Assembly: GCA_965219415.1 (NCBI GenBank)
Contig: CBDCNP010000002.1
Span: 832,001 to 896,000 of the forward strand
Direction: 5' to 3'
DNA from: Candidatus Marinacidobacterales bacterium
Lineage (GTDB): Bacteria; Acidobacteriota; Vicinamibacteria; Marinacidobacterales; DATDRI01
Length of the DNA stretch: 64,000 bases
Each line of letters starts with the position of its first letter. Position 1 is the stretch's first letter. A model generated the notes under the pieces. The model was not told the origin of the DNA. It made no database searches and saw only the letters and a program-made list of their open reading frames with translations. The position numbers and the translations under genes were made by a program. This document shows positions 43,763-55,648 of this stretch, one piece after another.

Positions 43763-45011
43763 ATGAATTACGACTGGACCCGATGGCGCGTCGTACCTCT
43801 GCTCATGGGGATCACCTTCATCAGTCATCTCAACCGGGTGAGTATGTCCGTGGCTGGCGACGAGCGGATCATGGATCAGTGCGCCATCTCCCCTACCCGG
43901 ATGGGCATGGTCTATTCCGCGTTCCTGTTCGCCTACACGCTCTGCATGACGCCGGCAGGTATCTTCGCCGATCGGTTTGGCGTTTGGCTGGCGCTAGGCC
44001 TGATGGCATTGGGAACCGCCGTTTTCGGCGCTCTGACGGGATTGCTGGGATTTGGACTGGTAGCCGGTAGCCAGTGGATTGCGCTCATAGGTCGTGCGCT
44101 CGATCATGGGAGGTTTCAACGCGCCCCTCCATCCATCGAGCGCCAGGACGGTTGCGAATTGGATACCGACTAGCCAACGCGGTACCGCGAATGGTTTTGC
44201 CGTCAGCGCCGCGGCGTTGGGCATCGCGAGCACGTACTACGTCTTCGGGACCTTGATCGATTGGGTGGACTGGCCCGCCGCGTTCCTAATAACGGGAGGA
44301 GTAACTGCCTGCCTCGGAATACTCTGGCTCGCCCTCGCCGGGGATTCACCGACCGCGCGGCGCGAGCCTCCCGCCACCACGCCAGCGACGGAACAGGGTC
44401 ATGAGAACTCCGACTGGAGTCGGCTGGTCCGGAAACCCGGACTCGCCCGTCTCACGCTTTCTTACGCCGCCGTGAACTACTTCGAGTACTTGTTCTTCTA
44501 CTGGATGCTCTACTACTTCGGCTCGGTGTTGGGCCTCGGCGTCGACAAGAGTCGGATCTACTCCACCATCGTCGGGCTCGCGATGGCGGTAGGAATGCTG
44601 TCGGGTGGTTTCCTCACCGATCGCCTCGAACGAATCTTGGGACACCGACGAGGCCGTGTCGCGGTTCCTGTCACCGGAATGATCACCGGTGCCGTCATGC
44701 TTGGCGTTGGCGTCCTGGCCAGGGATCCAATTTGGGTTGTCGTTTGGTTCAGCCTCGGCTTGGGCTCGGTCACCGCCGCCGAAGCATCATTCTGGATGAC
44801 CGCTGTCGAGCTCGGCGGAAAGAGAGGGACCACCGCGGCTGGAATACTCAACACGGGCGGGAATGTCGGCGGGATGGCGGCACCGGTCGTGACTCCGTGG
44901 GTGGGGACGGCGTTCGGCTGGCAGTGGGCTCTGGCGCTAGGTGCGTTGGTAGCGGTCCTTGGGGCGCTGCAGTGGAAGTGGATCGTCCTCGAGCAGAAAT
45001 CGGAGCCTTAG
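43763..45011 (+). pseudogene. MFS transporter (ACS/ExuT-like), one frameshift
   Basis: ISHLNRVSMSVA, GIFADRFG, ANWIP..QRGTANG, GILNTGGNVGG; frameshift near 44090. Confidence 0.85.
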
Positions 45012-45149
45012 CTAGGTGCCGGCTCGCTTCGCATTGGGATCGGCGGGTTGATCCAGGAGTTCTTGTAATTGGGGATCTAGTTTCGTGGAGTCGGTGCGAT
45101 TGGCATGGCCGCGCTATACTCTTTCTATGTCTGGCACCGGGGGAGCGGA

Positions 45150-46422
45150 ATCTGATCTTGTATTTCTCAGCGAACGCCTGATACGCCAGCTCGAAGCAAT
45201 CTCTCGGCGCGCGGACAACGCCGGCCCCGATCTGTCCACCGTCGCGGCCGGGGATGCCGGCGTCGATCACTGGATAGATGCCTTCCTCCAGCACTTTTCG
45301 AATGTCGATCCCGGTCGGCGTTCCTCGATACGAGAGGAACGGTATCTGGTAGTCGGTGTGCTCTCCAACCGTGATCTCATACATCGCCTTGTTGTTTTCG
45401 ACCATGGCTTCAGGGGACCCACCCTGGTAGGCCTGCAAAGCGAAAGCGGCAGCTTGCGCGAACCCGCCCAGCCCCACCGTCTCCGCCATGAGGCTCTCTC
45501 CACCCATCCAGGTGATCTCGTCTTCGGTGTGTCCGTCGAAGAGCCTGGCCTCCACCGAGGCGTGAGATCCCAGGAACCATTGATCCCCCAATCCGCTTAC
45601 CCGAATAGCGAATCCCCGGCAGTTGACCGCCATCCCGGTGACGACACTAGAGCCCTCGATCCCCCCGGCAGCATCCGCGGTTCCCTTGGCGGCGGCCATT
45701 GAAAGCCGAAGAAAGAAATAGTTGTCTTCGGTGAGCGCAGCCAGGACATCTTTAATGGTCTGCCGCGAGAACTTGCCATCATCCACTAAATCCAGCAAGT
45801 AAGGAAAGATGCGATCGGAGAACATGAAAGACGCCGCGGTATTGCGGCTATGCAGCTCGTCGCCCATGTGGAGGGCCCTTTTCATGATCGGCTTGAGCTC
45901 GATCCCGCCCGACAGGCGGACCGCCTCCCCGAGGACTGGGCCCAAAACATCCTGGATGACGCCTAATCGGCGCACTACTTCGTCGTTATAGACACCGTAG
46001 CAGAGACGGTCTTTCGTCTTGCCCTCGTAAAAATTACAGTAGCCGGTGTTCCCATACGTTCGATTCTCTACAACGAAGACCGGCATCGAGGCGGTGTAGA
46101 TCCCCGCGACCGACCCGACGCAACCGTAGTCCTGGCAACCTCCAACTTTAATCGCGCCGCTCGCGAATTTCTGGTTGGCCTCCTCGTCGCTCTGGGCCAA
46201 ACCCTCATACAACGCGCCACCGATCAGCGCCGCTCTCTGGCCCCCCATGTAGTCGCCCCACGCCATCGGCGGCCCGGATGTCAACAACGTCTCCTTGGTC
46301 ATACCGGGTACGACCTCGATGGCTTGACGAACGTCGACGAGAATCGGCTCCGACTTGCACAACCGATCGAAAGCCTCCTGATTCGCCCGGTCGGTGTCGA
46401 CGGCAGTTTCGGCCTGTGCCAT
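45150..46422 (-). CDS. DUF1116 (YahG/YlbE, AllG-like) protein; natural stop apparently lost
   Basis: LLTSGPP, VGSVAGIYTASMPV, ALHMGDELHSRN, FFLRLSMAAAK, ETVGLGGF, GTPTGID, GQIGAG. The ORF reads on into the convergent MFS gene, so the end coordinate is approximate. Confidence 0.8.
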
Positions 46423-46498
46423 TAGAGTTCTCCGCGGCAACGGTTTATGATGCGGGCGATTATACATTGACTTAGCGAGCGGAGACATAACCCGAGAA

Positions 46499-47221
46499 AT
46501 GTCGGCTAATGTTGCGTTAGTCACGGGAGGCCAAGGCGGTATCGGCAAAGCCATCAACCGGCGACTGCTCGATGCCGGATACATCGTTCTCTCGGGTGAT
46601 GTCACCGTTGCTCCGACGCGCAACGGTACGAAGGAAGCAGATACTAACGTACAGCACCTCGACGTGACGTCGCTCGAAAGCGTGGAGGCAGCAGTCCAGT
46701 GCGCACTGGGGTTGGGCCCATTGACTGCGATCGTCAACTGTGCGGGCATTTTGATGGCGTCGGAGGCGGGAAGCTGGGACGATGAGAACACCAAGCGCAT
46801 GTTCGACATCAACGTCTTTGGTGCTGCGCGGGTCACCGCTTCCGCGGTTGAGCACATGAAAGACGGCGGTGCGATCGTGAACGTGAGTAGCATCAGCTGC
46901 CGACTCAACGATCAGGGCGACCTCGCCTTGTACGGAGCGACCAAGGCGGCACTCGAGAGCCTCACACGGAACAACGCCCACCAGCTCGGACCGCGTGGCA
47001 TTCGGGTAAATGCCATCGCTCCCGGGATCATCGATGTTGCAATGTCCGACGACATGCGAGAAGTCGCCTATTCTGAAAAATCACCGCTCAAGAGATGCCC
47101 TCTGGGTCGCATGGGAACGGCCGAGGAGATCGCGGAATGCGTCGAGTTCCTGCTCTCCGACCGGGCGTCCTACGTGAACGGCACCACGCTGATCGCGGAT
47201 GGCGGCATATCAGGCTACTGA
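46499..47221 (+). CDS. SDR-family oxidoreductase
   Basis: TGGQGGIG, NCAG, YGATK, VNAIAPG. Confidence 0.92.
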   Translation: MSANVALVTGGQGGIGKAINRRLLDAGYIVLSGDVTVAPTRNGTKEADTNVQHLDVTSLESVEAAVQCALGLGPLTAIVNCAGILMASEAGSWDDENTKRMFDINVFGAARVTASAVEHMKDGGAIVNVSSISCRLNDQGDLALYGATKAALESLTRNNAHQLGPRGIRVNAIAPGIIDVAMSDDMREVAYSEKSPLKRCPLGRMGTAEEIAECVEFLLSDRASYVNGTTLIADGGISGY

Positions 47222-47236
47222 AGAGATCGGAGCAAT

Positions 47237-47986
47237 TTGAGCTTCGAGGGGAAAACCGCATTCGTCACGGGAGCCGGCGGGGGCATGGGTCTGGCCATTT
47301 CCCGCGAGCTCGCCGGGCGCGGGACGCACGTCTTCATGATCGATATCAAAGCACAGCCTTCGGAGGTCGCGGACTGGCAGGGCTCGTTTCACTACACTCA
47401 AGGAGACGTCACTTCGGAAGACACGGTCGCCCACTCGATGAAGGGCGCTTTCGAAAAACGAGGGCGGCTGGATTATCTAGCCAACGCCGCGGGCGTCCTA
47501 TGGTTCGGGCGAGACAAGTCCGCGGTGGAGATGGACCTCAACGTCTGGGATCAAGTGCTCGCGATAAACTTGAAGTCAATGGTACATACGGCGCGACATG
47601 CCGTCCCCCTAATGAAGAAGACGGGGGGCGGGGCGATGGTGCACATCTCGAGCATCCAGTGCCTTCGCGGGGACGATGCGCCCCAAGACGCCTATCAGGC
47701 CTCGAAGGGTGCCGTCCTGTCGCTATCGAAGTCGTTGGCGGTGCAATTTGGCCCGGACCGGATTTGATCGAACGCACTACTGCCCGGTCCGACCCTGACA
47801 CCGATGCAACGGCGCTGGGAGGGAAATGAGGAAACCCAACAGGCCATCGCGAACACTGTCCCCCTCAAACGCGTCGGTACAGCGCAGGACATGGCGAACG
47901 CCTGCGTGTTTCTTCTGTCTGAAGATGCTAGCTTCATAACTGGGACCGAGCTCATCGTCGACGGCGGCCTGATGGCAAGACCCTAG
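47237..47986 (+). pseudogene. SDR-family oxidoreductase with nonsense codon
   Basis: TGAGGGMG, YQASK; in-frame TGA at 47765 in I-*-SNALLPG where Arg is expected; continues to [11 protein letters not shown]. Confidence 0.9.
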
Positions 47987-48002
47987 CTTCCCGAGATCGC
48001 GC

Positions 48003-50495
48003 ATGCACCCGGTCACCGCCACGCTATCCACTTTCGTACTGTTCTTGGCGCCCGGCCTACTCCTGGTCGCAGCGCTTAACGCGAGCAAGAAGACGCTAGA
48101 GCTGACCCTAGGCGAGCAGCTCTATCTCGTGATCGCAGGAAGTCTCTTGGTCTCGGGCTGGGTGGGATTGCTGGCGGCCGAGGTTGACCGTTTCTCCACC
48201 GTCACCGTGGCTACCACCGTGGGTGGTCTCGTTCTGGTCGGGGCATTGCTCGCCCGCAGGCACCTGTCACTACGCCCCGGTGCACTGGGATGGGATGAGC
48301 TGGCGGTGGTGGCATGCCTCATGAGCTTCGGCGTGGCCGTTTACTTTCCGCCTTACGAGTACATTCTCGGAGGGCGGGATCCTGGAGTCTACGTCAACAC
48401 GGGATTCCATCTCGCCCGCGAGGGTAACCTCACCTATGTCGATCCCGTCGTGCTGAGCGTTCCTGAAGAAGCGCGAGATCTCTTCTTCCGCGTCGACAAG
48501 GATCTGCCGCCCTGGAGTCAGCCGCGGTTCCTCGGCTTTCATATGGACAGCCCGGATAGCGGGCAGATATCGCCACACGGATTGCACCTCTATCCAGTGT
48601 GGATCGGAATTGCGTCGCAACTCTTCGAGATGAAGGCCGGTCTTTACGCAACGCCATTTTTCGCTTTGATGGGAGTGGCCGGCCTCTTCCTAGCGCTACG
48701 CCGTCTCTTCAACACCGAAGTCGCGCTCTGGGCATCGGGAATGATGGCCGTTTTTCAGATCCAGATCTGGTTCGCCCGCTTTCCGAACGCCGAAATCCTG
48801 GTTCAGTTTCTTTATGTCACCGGGTTGCTAGCCTTTTATTTCATGGAGGAGAAACGCTCCCGCTTGGCCGGTTTTCTCGGCGGAGTCGCCTTCGGCGCCA
48901 CACTGTTGGTGCGTATGGAGAATCTTCTCTTCCTCCTACCGCTAGGACTTTGTCTCGGCTGGCGAAGACTACGGAGAGAATTGGGCACGCCGGAGCTCGC
49001 GTTTCTGGGCGCGTTCTCTTTCATGGCGCTCCACGCCGCGCTCCACGGCCGGCTCCTCGCCTGGCCTTACGTCTCGAACGTTTTGGGTCGACATTACTGG
49101 CGCATCGTTTTCGATAACATCGCCCTGTTCGTTTTGGCGGCGGTGGTGGTTTTCTTCCTCATCGACCGGCTGGGAACGAAGGCGGCCTCGCACATCGCCC
49201 CACTGACCGAGAGCAAGACAGCGCGCATCACCGCCGCGATGTCGGTCTTTGCGCTGGCACTCTACGCGTATTTTATCCGTCCCACTTGGCATGGCCCGCG
49301 CACCGCACCGCATGATGCCGAGGCGTTTCTGCGCATGGGTTGGTACCTCTACCCGGTGGGACTCGCACTGGTCGTGGCGGGCGCGATGCTTCTCCTGGCG
49401 CACAGCAAACGGCGGCAAACTCTTTTCGTTCTCATCGGCCTGACGTTCTCGCTTTTCTTTTTCTACAAGGTCCGTGTCTGGCACGATCACTACTTCGCGA
49501 TGCGGCGATTCATACCAGTAATCCTACCTACGTTTTTCGCCTGCATCGGAGTTTTCCTGATCAGTTTGCGGGATGCGAAGGGGTGGATTGGGAGTTGGGC
49601 ACCGCGCGTCATAGGATCGCTCCTGCTGTTTTCCTACTTTGCCGCCGGCCGACCCCTTTGGGGGCACGAGGAGTTCCCCGGTAGCCTCAATTTCGTAAGG
49701 GAGCTCGCCCGGCACATCGGCGATCGTGACGTCGTCATCTTTCCTCGCAAGGAGGGTCTACACCTTCTGGAACTTCCGCTTTCACAGCTCGAGGGGAAGA
49801 ACGTCCTGGAGTTCTACGGACTGAAGCCAGACCGCGGTGCGCTCGAGGGCCTGATCGCAAAATGGCGAGATGAGTACGAGGATATCTACTTCGTTACCAA
49901 CTACAAGATCTCACTCTCCGGGCTATTCACCCAACACGTCAAGGACTTCGCCCTCGGCACACAGCACTACGAGTTCGCTTACACGCACCCACCGACCGGA
50001 CCGAGACCCTTCCATCTGCGATTCACGTTATCCAAAGCGGTCGATGTCGAGGAGCTGGCGGAGCGGATGCCCAAGCTCGATGTGATCGATGTCGGCGGCA
50101 GCGACGAGCTACTGGTGGCGTGGTTCTTCGAAAAAGAGCTCGGACCGGACGGGATCAGCTACCGATGGAGCCAGAGGACATCGAGCATCTTCATCCCATC
50201 GCTCGGTGCGGACAGCAGCGAAATCCTCGTTAGGATTGCCGGGCCCGAGGAAAAAGAGGCGCCTCTATATCCCGTGTCCGTTTCCATAGATGAGCACAAC
50301 TTGGGTACGTTCCATCCAACGCGGCAGTTTCAAACGTATAGCTTGGAGCTGCCGTCCGAACTGGCGGCCAACCGCGACGGCTCCTATGCGATCCTGCGAT
50401 TGGACACCAAGACCTGGAGGCCGTCCAACTGGATTCCAGGGGCATCCGACATCCGCGATCTAGGCGTGAGGGTCGACTGGATCGAAGTTCGCTAA
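48003..50495 (+). CDS. Polytopic membrane protein, GT-C (PMT/ArnT-like) glycosyltransferase candidate with C-terminal extracytoplasmic domain
   Basis: Many TM helices; GGRDPGVY in the first large loop, ARFPNAE, RRFIP; C-terminal domain AWF..E...YRWS...DIRDLGVRVDWI. Confidence 0.65.
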   Translation: MHPVTATLSTFVLFLAPGLLLVAALNASKKTLELTLGEQLYLVIAGSLLVSGWVGLLAAEVDRFSTVTVATTVGGLVLVGALLARRHLSLRPGALGWDELAVVACLMSFGVAVYFPPYEYILGGRDPGVYVNTGFHLAREGNLTYVDPVVLSVPEEARDLFFRVDKDLPPWSQPRFLGFHMDSPDSGQISPHGLHLYPVWIGIASQLFEMKAGLYATPFFALMGVAGLFLALRRLFNTEVALWASGMMAVFQIQIWFARFPNAEILVQFLYVTGLLAFYFMEEKRSRLAGFLGGVAFGATLLVRMENLLFLLPLGLCLGWRRLRRELGTPELAFLGAFSFMALHAALHGRLLAWPYVSNVLGRHYWRIVFDNIALFVLAAVVVFFLIDRLGTKAASHIAPLTESKTARITAAMSVFALALYAYFIRPTWHGPRTAPHDAEAFLRMGWYLYPVGLALVVAGAMLLLAHSKRRQTLFVLIGLTFSLFFFYKVRVWHDHYFAMRRFIPVILPTFFACIGVFLISLRDAKGWIGSWAPRVIGSLLLFSYFAAGRPLWGHEEFPGSLNFVRELARHIGDRDVVIFPRKEGLHLLELPLSQLEGKNVLEFYGLKPDRGALEGLIAKWRDEYEDIYFVTNYKISLSGLFTQHVKDFALGTQHYEFAYTHPPTGPRPFHLRFTLSKAVDVEELAERMPKLDVIDVGGSDELLVAWFFEKELGPDGISYRWSQRTSSIFIPSLGADSSEILVRIAGPEEKEAPLYPVSVSIDEHNLGTFHPTRQFQTYSLELPSELAANRDGSYAILRLDTKTWRPSNWIPGASDIRDLGVRVDWIEVR

Positions 50496-50496
50496 G

Positions 50497-52470
50497 CTAC
50501 CGCAGATAGCCAAGCGCCCGTAGTTTCTCCTCGAGTGACTCGTCGATCCTCGCCGGCACCGAAGCTCGCGTCAAACTTCTCGAGTGGGTGAGAAGCCTCG
50601 CCAGAAAAGATGCTGGAAGGGGACGCTCAGGCACCAGGTTTCGGGACTCCGCTCCATCCGAGGCGAGATCGAAAACCTGGAGCGGCGGTCGCGGCCGATC
50701 GAACGAGAGATACCGAATGAGCTTTTGGTCTCGGTAGACGACGCTCTCCAGCTCGCGTCCATCCAGATTGAGGTAGCCCACTACTGGGGGGTTTGTCTGC
50801 CTGCTCCAAAGACTTCGCCCATGAAGAGCGCTGGTTGACTCCTCGCCAACGTGTTGCATCAAGGTCGGTAACAGATCGACGTGCTGAGCGATGTCCTGAC
50901 GCCGAACGCCGACGTCATGCCCTCCCGGCCATTTCACGATGAGTGGGATTTCAAGCTGCTCCCGGTAGAGCGTCTTGCCATGGCGCCACCAACCGTGGTC
51001 GTCGAACTCTTCGCCGTGGTCGGAGACGAGCACGATAAGGGTCGATTCGTACAGCCCGACACGTTTCAACCGGTCCAGCAGCTCGCCGAAGTGTTGATCG
51101 TTGAACGCGATCTCCGAATCATACAGTTCCATCAACCGAGCGTGGATCTCGGCAGAAGAATCGATTCGCCCATCCTCGAGGGCCGTCATGAATGCCACCG
51201 TGCCGATCCCTTCCGCCGGCTCTGCTTGGGAAACTCCAGAAAGATAGGGATCATGGGGATCCATCGAATGCATATAAAGGAAAAAGGGCTCGGCCCGGCT
51301 GCGGTTCTCAAGCCACTCGATGGCACGACGATTGAGTGCATCCGACCGGACGTAGCCTCGTTGCGGGTCTTCCTCGACAAGGAGCTCGTACGTCTCGAAC
51401 CCTTGATCGAAACCAAATGCCGGCGCGAGGTTCGGGTTGGTAACGAAACCGGCTGTCGCGTATCCCAATCGGTCCAGCCGCTCAGCCAGCGTGTCGATTC
51501 CCGGAGGCAAGGCATCGGTGCGCCGGTTGGCGGCGTGCGCACGCGGCAGAAGCCCCGACATGATCGAAGCCACCGATGACTTGGTCCAAGACGACTGCGC
51601 ATAGGCCGTCTCGAAGAGCGTCGCCTGCTCCGCGAAGGCGTCGATCCGCGGCGTCGGACTCGAAAAACCGTAACAACCCAAATGGTCCGCACGCAGTGTG
51701 TCGATGACATAGAGCAGAATGTTCGGCCGCTTGGACGGGCGGGGACCGGTTTCACTCGACTTCGGCCACGACGCAGAACGAATAGCCGGCCGCAGCAGAC
51801 GAATCCCGGCATCGCCCCCAGGTGCTCCCGGCACTCCGCGGGCCTGAAAGGACAAGACCAGACGCTGTGATGATGCTACCGATATCGGAAGGTCCACATG
51901 CCCGGGGATTTCGAAGTGCTCCACCGTCCGAGCGTCCATTGTTTGAACGGTGACCTGAAGGTCGGTCGCTTCCGCTTCCTCGCCGTCGTCCCAAAACCGC
52001 ACGCTTTCGATCACCAACGAGCTCTCAGCGGGGACATCCAATTGGTATTCGAGTCGCAGATGGTTTGGAAGCATCACCGATGCACTCTGCCCATCGCCTC
52101 TGGCGAACGGCGTGCGGGAGGGCGTCATTTCCCCGATGCGAAGCCAATCCCAACCAACGGCAAGACCGCGATCGTCAGTGGCGCCGGGAAGCACTTCACT
52201 GGGCGAGCGATGGTGGGCGTACGCGAGCTCGAGCTGGTTGGTGCCAGAAACCAAAACCTCCGCGCCGACCTTCACCCGATACTCGCGGGCCGTCCTTCCG
52301 AGCTCCAGGCCACCGACCTCGTGGCCATTGATCCGCAGAGTCACTTTCTGGAAAGGTGCGCCCTGATACGAAAAGGGCCAGCAACGAAAAGCCAGGGAAA
52401 GTGCGCGTGGCTCGGCGAGAAAGAAGTGCAAAGACGACCTCTCCCATCCGCTTTCCCAACCGGAAGGCAA
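50497..52470 (-). pseudogene. Sulfatase-like hydrolase/transferase (Thr-type motif), N-terminus lost
   Basis: PNILLYVIDTLRADH, SSWTKSSVAS, DPHDPY, SDHGEEF, HGKTLY, C-terminal EKLRALGYLR; no signal peptide, and the 5' end is joined to a foreign fragment. Confidence 0.75.
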
Positions 52471-52600
52471 TGCAGAATGCTAGGTGACGCAAAGAGTCTG
52501 CTCATCCACTGCCCCGCATAGGCCCAACTGAGGTCGACCACCAGGGCGATGATAGTCGCAACCAAGATGATGAGCACCACACTTTGGAAGTAGGCATCGT
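52470..52600 (-). pseudogene. Short LysE-translocator-like fragment
   Basis: FQSVVLIILVATIIALVVDLSWAYAGQWMSRLF resembles the penultimate LysE/RhtB helices; wedged between two other truncated genes. Confidence 0.35.
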
Positions 52601-53521
52601 CCACCCGTACATCATCCTGTCCACTTCGGCCTCCTTGGTGGAGAATTCTTCCCCGACCCGTTCGTCCAAAACAGTCCCGTCGTCTCCGGCGAGACTGCGC
52701 ATCGCTTCGAGACCCCCCACCGGGCGAGACATGTCATGGATGCATTCGAACGCGGTCACTAAATCGTAGCGACCGGCGAGTTGCGGATCCGCGGCATCGC
52801 GGACATGAAACCGCACGCGATCGGAGAGACCGGCCTCCCGCGCGTTTGCACGGGCAATCTCGACCGACGCCTCGTCCAGATCGGACCCATCCACCTGTAC
52901 TTGCGGATAGCTCTGCGCAATGCCGATCGCCGACCACCCGGCACCGCAGCCGACATCGGCGACCCGCGCCGAGGGGTCTGATCCCAAGCGCTGGTGTACG
53001 TCGGCGATTGCCGGTAACCAAACCTTCCCGAGCTCTTGCAAAAACATCGTACGGTTGATGCCTTCCTGCCCCTTCACCAAGTCGGCACCGTAGTCTGCGT
53101 ACGGGACGCCGCCGCCCTTGCGATACGCATCGAGCACTTGGCTTTGGCTTATTGGGCTAACCGCACCGACCAAGAGCTGCGGAAGGGGCGCCAAGTAGTT
53201 CAAGCTCTCGCGATCGACGAGAACCTCGGCATGTGCCTCCGGAAGCCGGAACCGCCGCGCGCTCGCCGCCGATTTCTCGTCATCAACATCGAGGATTCCC
53301 GTGACTGCCTGCTGCTCGAGCCACTCGCGGGTGTAACGCTCGTGTGTGCCGGTTTGAGAGGCAAGCTCGGCGGAAGTCGATGGCCCTGCCTCGGCGAGGG
53401 ACTCGTATAGCCCCAGCCGCGCGCCAATATAGGCGCTGAAAATATCGAAAGTGCCCCGCACCGATTCGAGCAATCGTTCGATGAACGCTTCTCGTTTACC
53501 GGGGAGGTCCGAGTCTGCCAT
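52600..53521 (-). pseudogene. HTH + class I SAM methyltransferase (Rv2258c-like), C-terminally truncated
   Basis: GARLGLY, ELAS.TGTHERY.REWL, DVGCGAG, FECIHDM; similarity ends at MMYGW. Confidence 0.8.
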
Positions 53522-53531
53522 GGCCGTCTCC

Positions 53532-54032
53532 TCAATCTATTCGCTGGCGTTTCCAAAAAACGTAATCCGTACCGGCCGGCTTCCCTCCCAAGGTCCGGAC
53601 CAGAGTGCCTATTTGCCCTCGATGATACCAAGAGTGCCCGAAGAGCTGCGTCAGAAGATCCTCGACGGTATTTCGATACCGTTGCCCCTCCAAGCTCCGA
53701 TAGTCGAACTCCCGTGCCAGCTCGGTCGAATCCAGCCGGCTCAGGTACGCCGTCCAAGCGATATGCATCTCGTCAACGAGCGACTCCAACTCCTCGAGCG
53801 CTACGTCACCTGGAAAGAGCTCGGGTGGAGCACTCTGGGTCACGCCGAAACGATTGAGCCATAGCCAACGCGCCGCAACGATATGGCCCACCAGCTCCAA
53901 GGCTTTTTGGAACTGCGGCGCGTCGCGATGAGTGGCGGGCACGGAGTGCAACGACCGCAGCACTTTTTCGTGGGCCCGGGCCTCGTAATCGAACCAGCTC
54001 CGGTACCGATCACAGAGCGTGTCTGTTGACAT
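53532..54032 (-). CDS. DinB-family protein
   Basis: GHIVAA..LWL.R, HSWYHRGQI, TDYVF. Confidence 0.9.
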   Translation of the reverse strand: MSTDTLCDRYRSWFDYEARAHEKVLRSLHSVPATHRDAPQFQKALELVGHIVAARWLWLNRFGVTQSAPPELFPGDVALEELESLVDEMHIAWTAYLSRLDSTELAREFDYRSLEGQRYRNTVEDLLTQLFGHSWYHRGQIGTLVRTLGGKPAGTDYVFWKRQRID

Positions 54033-54118
54033 CTAGCCCCTCCCGATTCGCAATTTTCGCCTACTCTACCACGCCGCCCAACGTCAGAGAGAAGGTACAA
54101 TTCAGCCTTGATTTGAAT

Positions 54119-55639
54119 ATGGCTAATCTTGACTTCTTCGTCCTAGCAACCTACACCATCGGCATCGTCACGCTCGGAAGCGTCTTCTACCGCCGCAGCC
54201 GGACTCCGCGCGGATTCACGGCCGCCGGTGGGTCCTTGCCGGCCTGGGCGGTCGGCCTTTCCCTTTTTGGCGCCTACCTCAGCAGCAATACGTTTCTCGG
54301 AGTTCCGGGGAAAGCCTACGCCTCGAACTGGAACTCCTTCGTATTCAGCCTGTCTCTTCCGTTCGCGGCATGGATCGCAACGAGGTACTTCGTTCCCTTC
54401 TATCGAGGCACCGGCGAAATCTCCGCCTACACGCATCTCGAATGACGCTTTGGACGATGGGCCCGCGTCTACGCGATGGTTTGCTACCTATTGACCCAGC
54501 TCGCCAGGATCGGAGCGATCCTGTTCGGGGTCGGTATCGCTCTCGCGGCGCTCACCGGGTGGCCGATCGAAATGATCATTGTGGCCACCGGTGGCCTGGT
54601 GATGCTTTACACGCTTCTTGGCGGGATCGAGGCCGTTATCTGGACCGATGTCGCACAGAGCGTCGTGCTATCACTCGGCGCGCTGCTGGTCGTGACGATG
54701 CTGCTTTTTGGAATGCCCGAAGGCCCCGGCCAACTCTTCGAGATCGTTTCGCGCCAAGGCAAGTTCGGCCGAGGAAGCCTGGCGTTCGACTTCACGACCT
54801 CGACATTTTGGGTCGTCCTCCTCTATGGAGTCTTCATCAACCTCAACAATTTCGGTATCGATCAGAGCTTCGTACAGCGTTACCACGCCGCACGCAGCGA
54901 TCGAGAGGCCGCCCGCTCGGTGTGGCTGGCCGCTCTCTTGTATCTCCCGATCTCACTGATGTTCTTTCTCATTGGGTCCGGCCTCTTCGCCTACTATGAG
55001 GCCCGCCCGGACTTGAAGGCACAATTACAGCGCGAGATCGTGACGCAATCCGACACGGCCAGCGAGGAACCGGCACCACTGACTAAGGAGGAGCTCGGCG
55101 ACCGCGTCTTCCCTCATTTCATCGTTCGAGAACTGCCGCCCGGTTTGGCGGGTCTGCTGATCGCGGCCCTCCTAGCCGCAGCGATGAGCAGCATCGACAC
55201 CAGCCTGAACAGCTCAGCGACGGTTATTCTGTACGATTTTTATCGAGGGTGGTTGCAACGCACGGTGAACGAACCGGAGGCGATGCGCGTCCTCTACGTC
55301 GGTACGGTCGTGATGGGCGTGCTCGGAGTCGGTGCCGCGCTCGCGATGATCGGCGTGAAGAGTCTCCTCGATGCTTGGTGGACCCTCTCAGGCATCTTCG
55401 CCGGTGGTGTGCTCGGCCTCTTCCTCCTGGGGTTCATCTCCCGTCGGGCCGATCGCCCGGCGGCGGTCACTGCGGTTGTGATCGGAGTGCTAGTCATCTT
55501 CTGGATGACGTTCTCGCCACTTCTTCCGGACGAGTCCTACCTGCAGAGCCCATTCCACGCGAACATGATCATCGTGGTGGGAACGCTGACTATTTTCCTC
55601 GTCGGCGTCTTCGTCACGAGTTGGCGTTCTCGAAACTGA
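54119..55639 (+). pseudogene. Sodium:solute symporter with nonsense codon
   Basis: WAVGLSLF...LSS.TFLG.PG, SAY.HLE*RFG (TGA at 54443), GGIEAVIWTD, DQSFVQRY, AAAMSS. Confidence 0.9.
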
Positions 55640-55648
55640 TCCGACCCA

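Noticed and set aside
45100-45116. Sigma54-like TGGCAT-N-GC element
   Set aside because: Weak -12 match and no correctly oriented downstream gene.
44848-46908. 686-aa ORF as one long protein
   Set aside because: Only about 45150-46422 is DUF1116-like. The extensions are antisense to the SDR and MFS genes.
53138-53149. 6-bp duplication TTGGCT x2 (SQSQ) in the methyltransferase
   Set aside because: In frame and short enough to be chance or trivial slippage.
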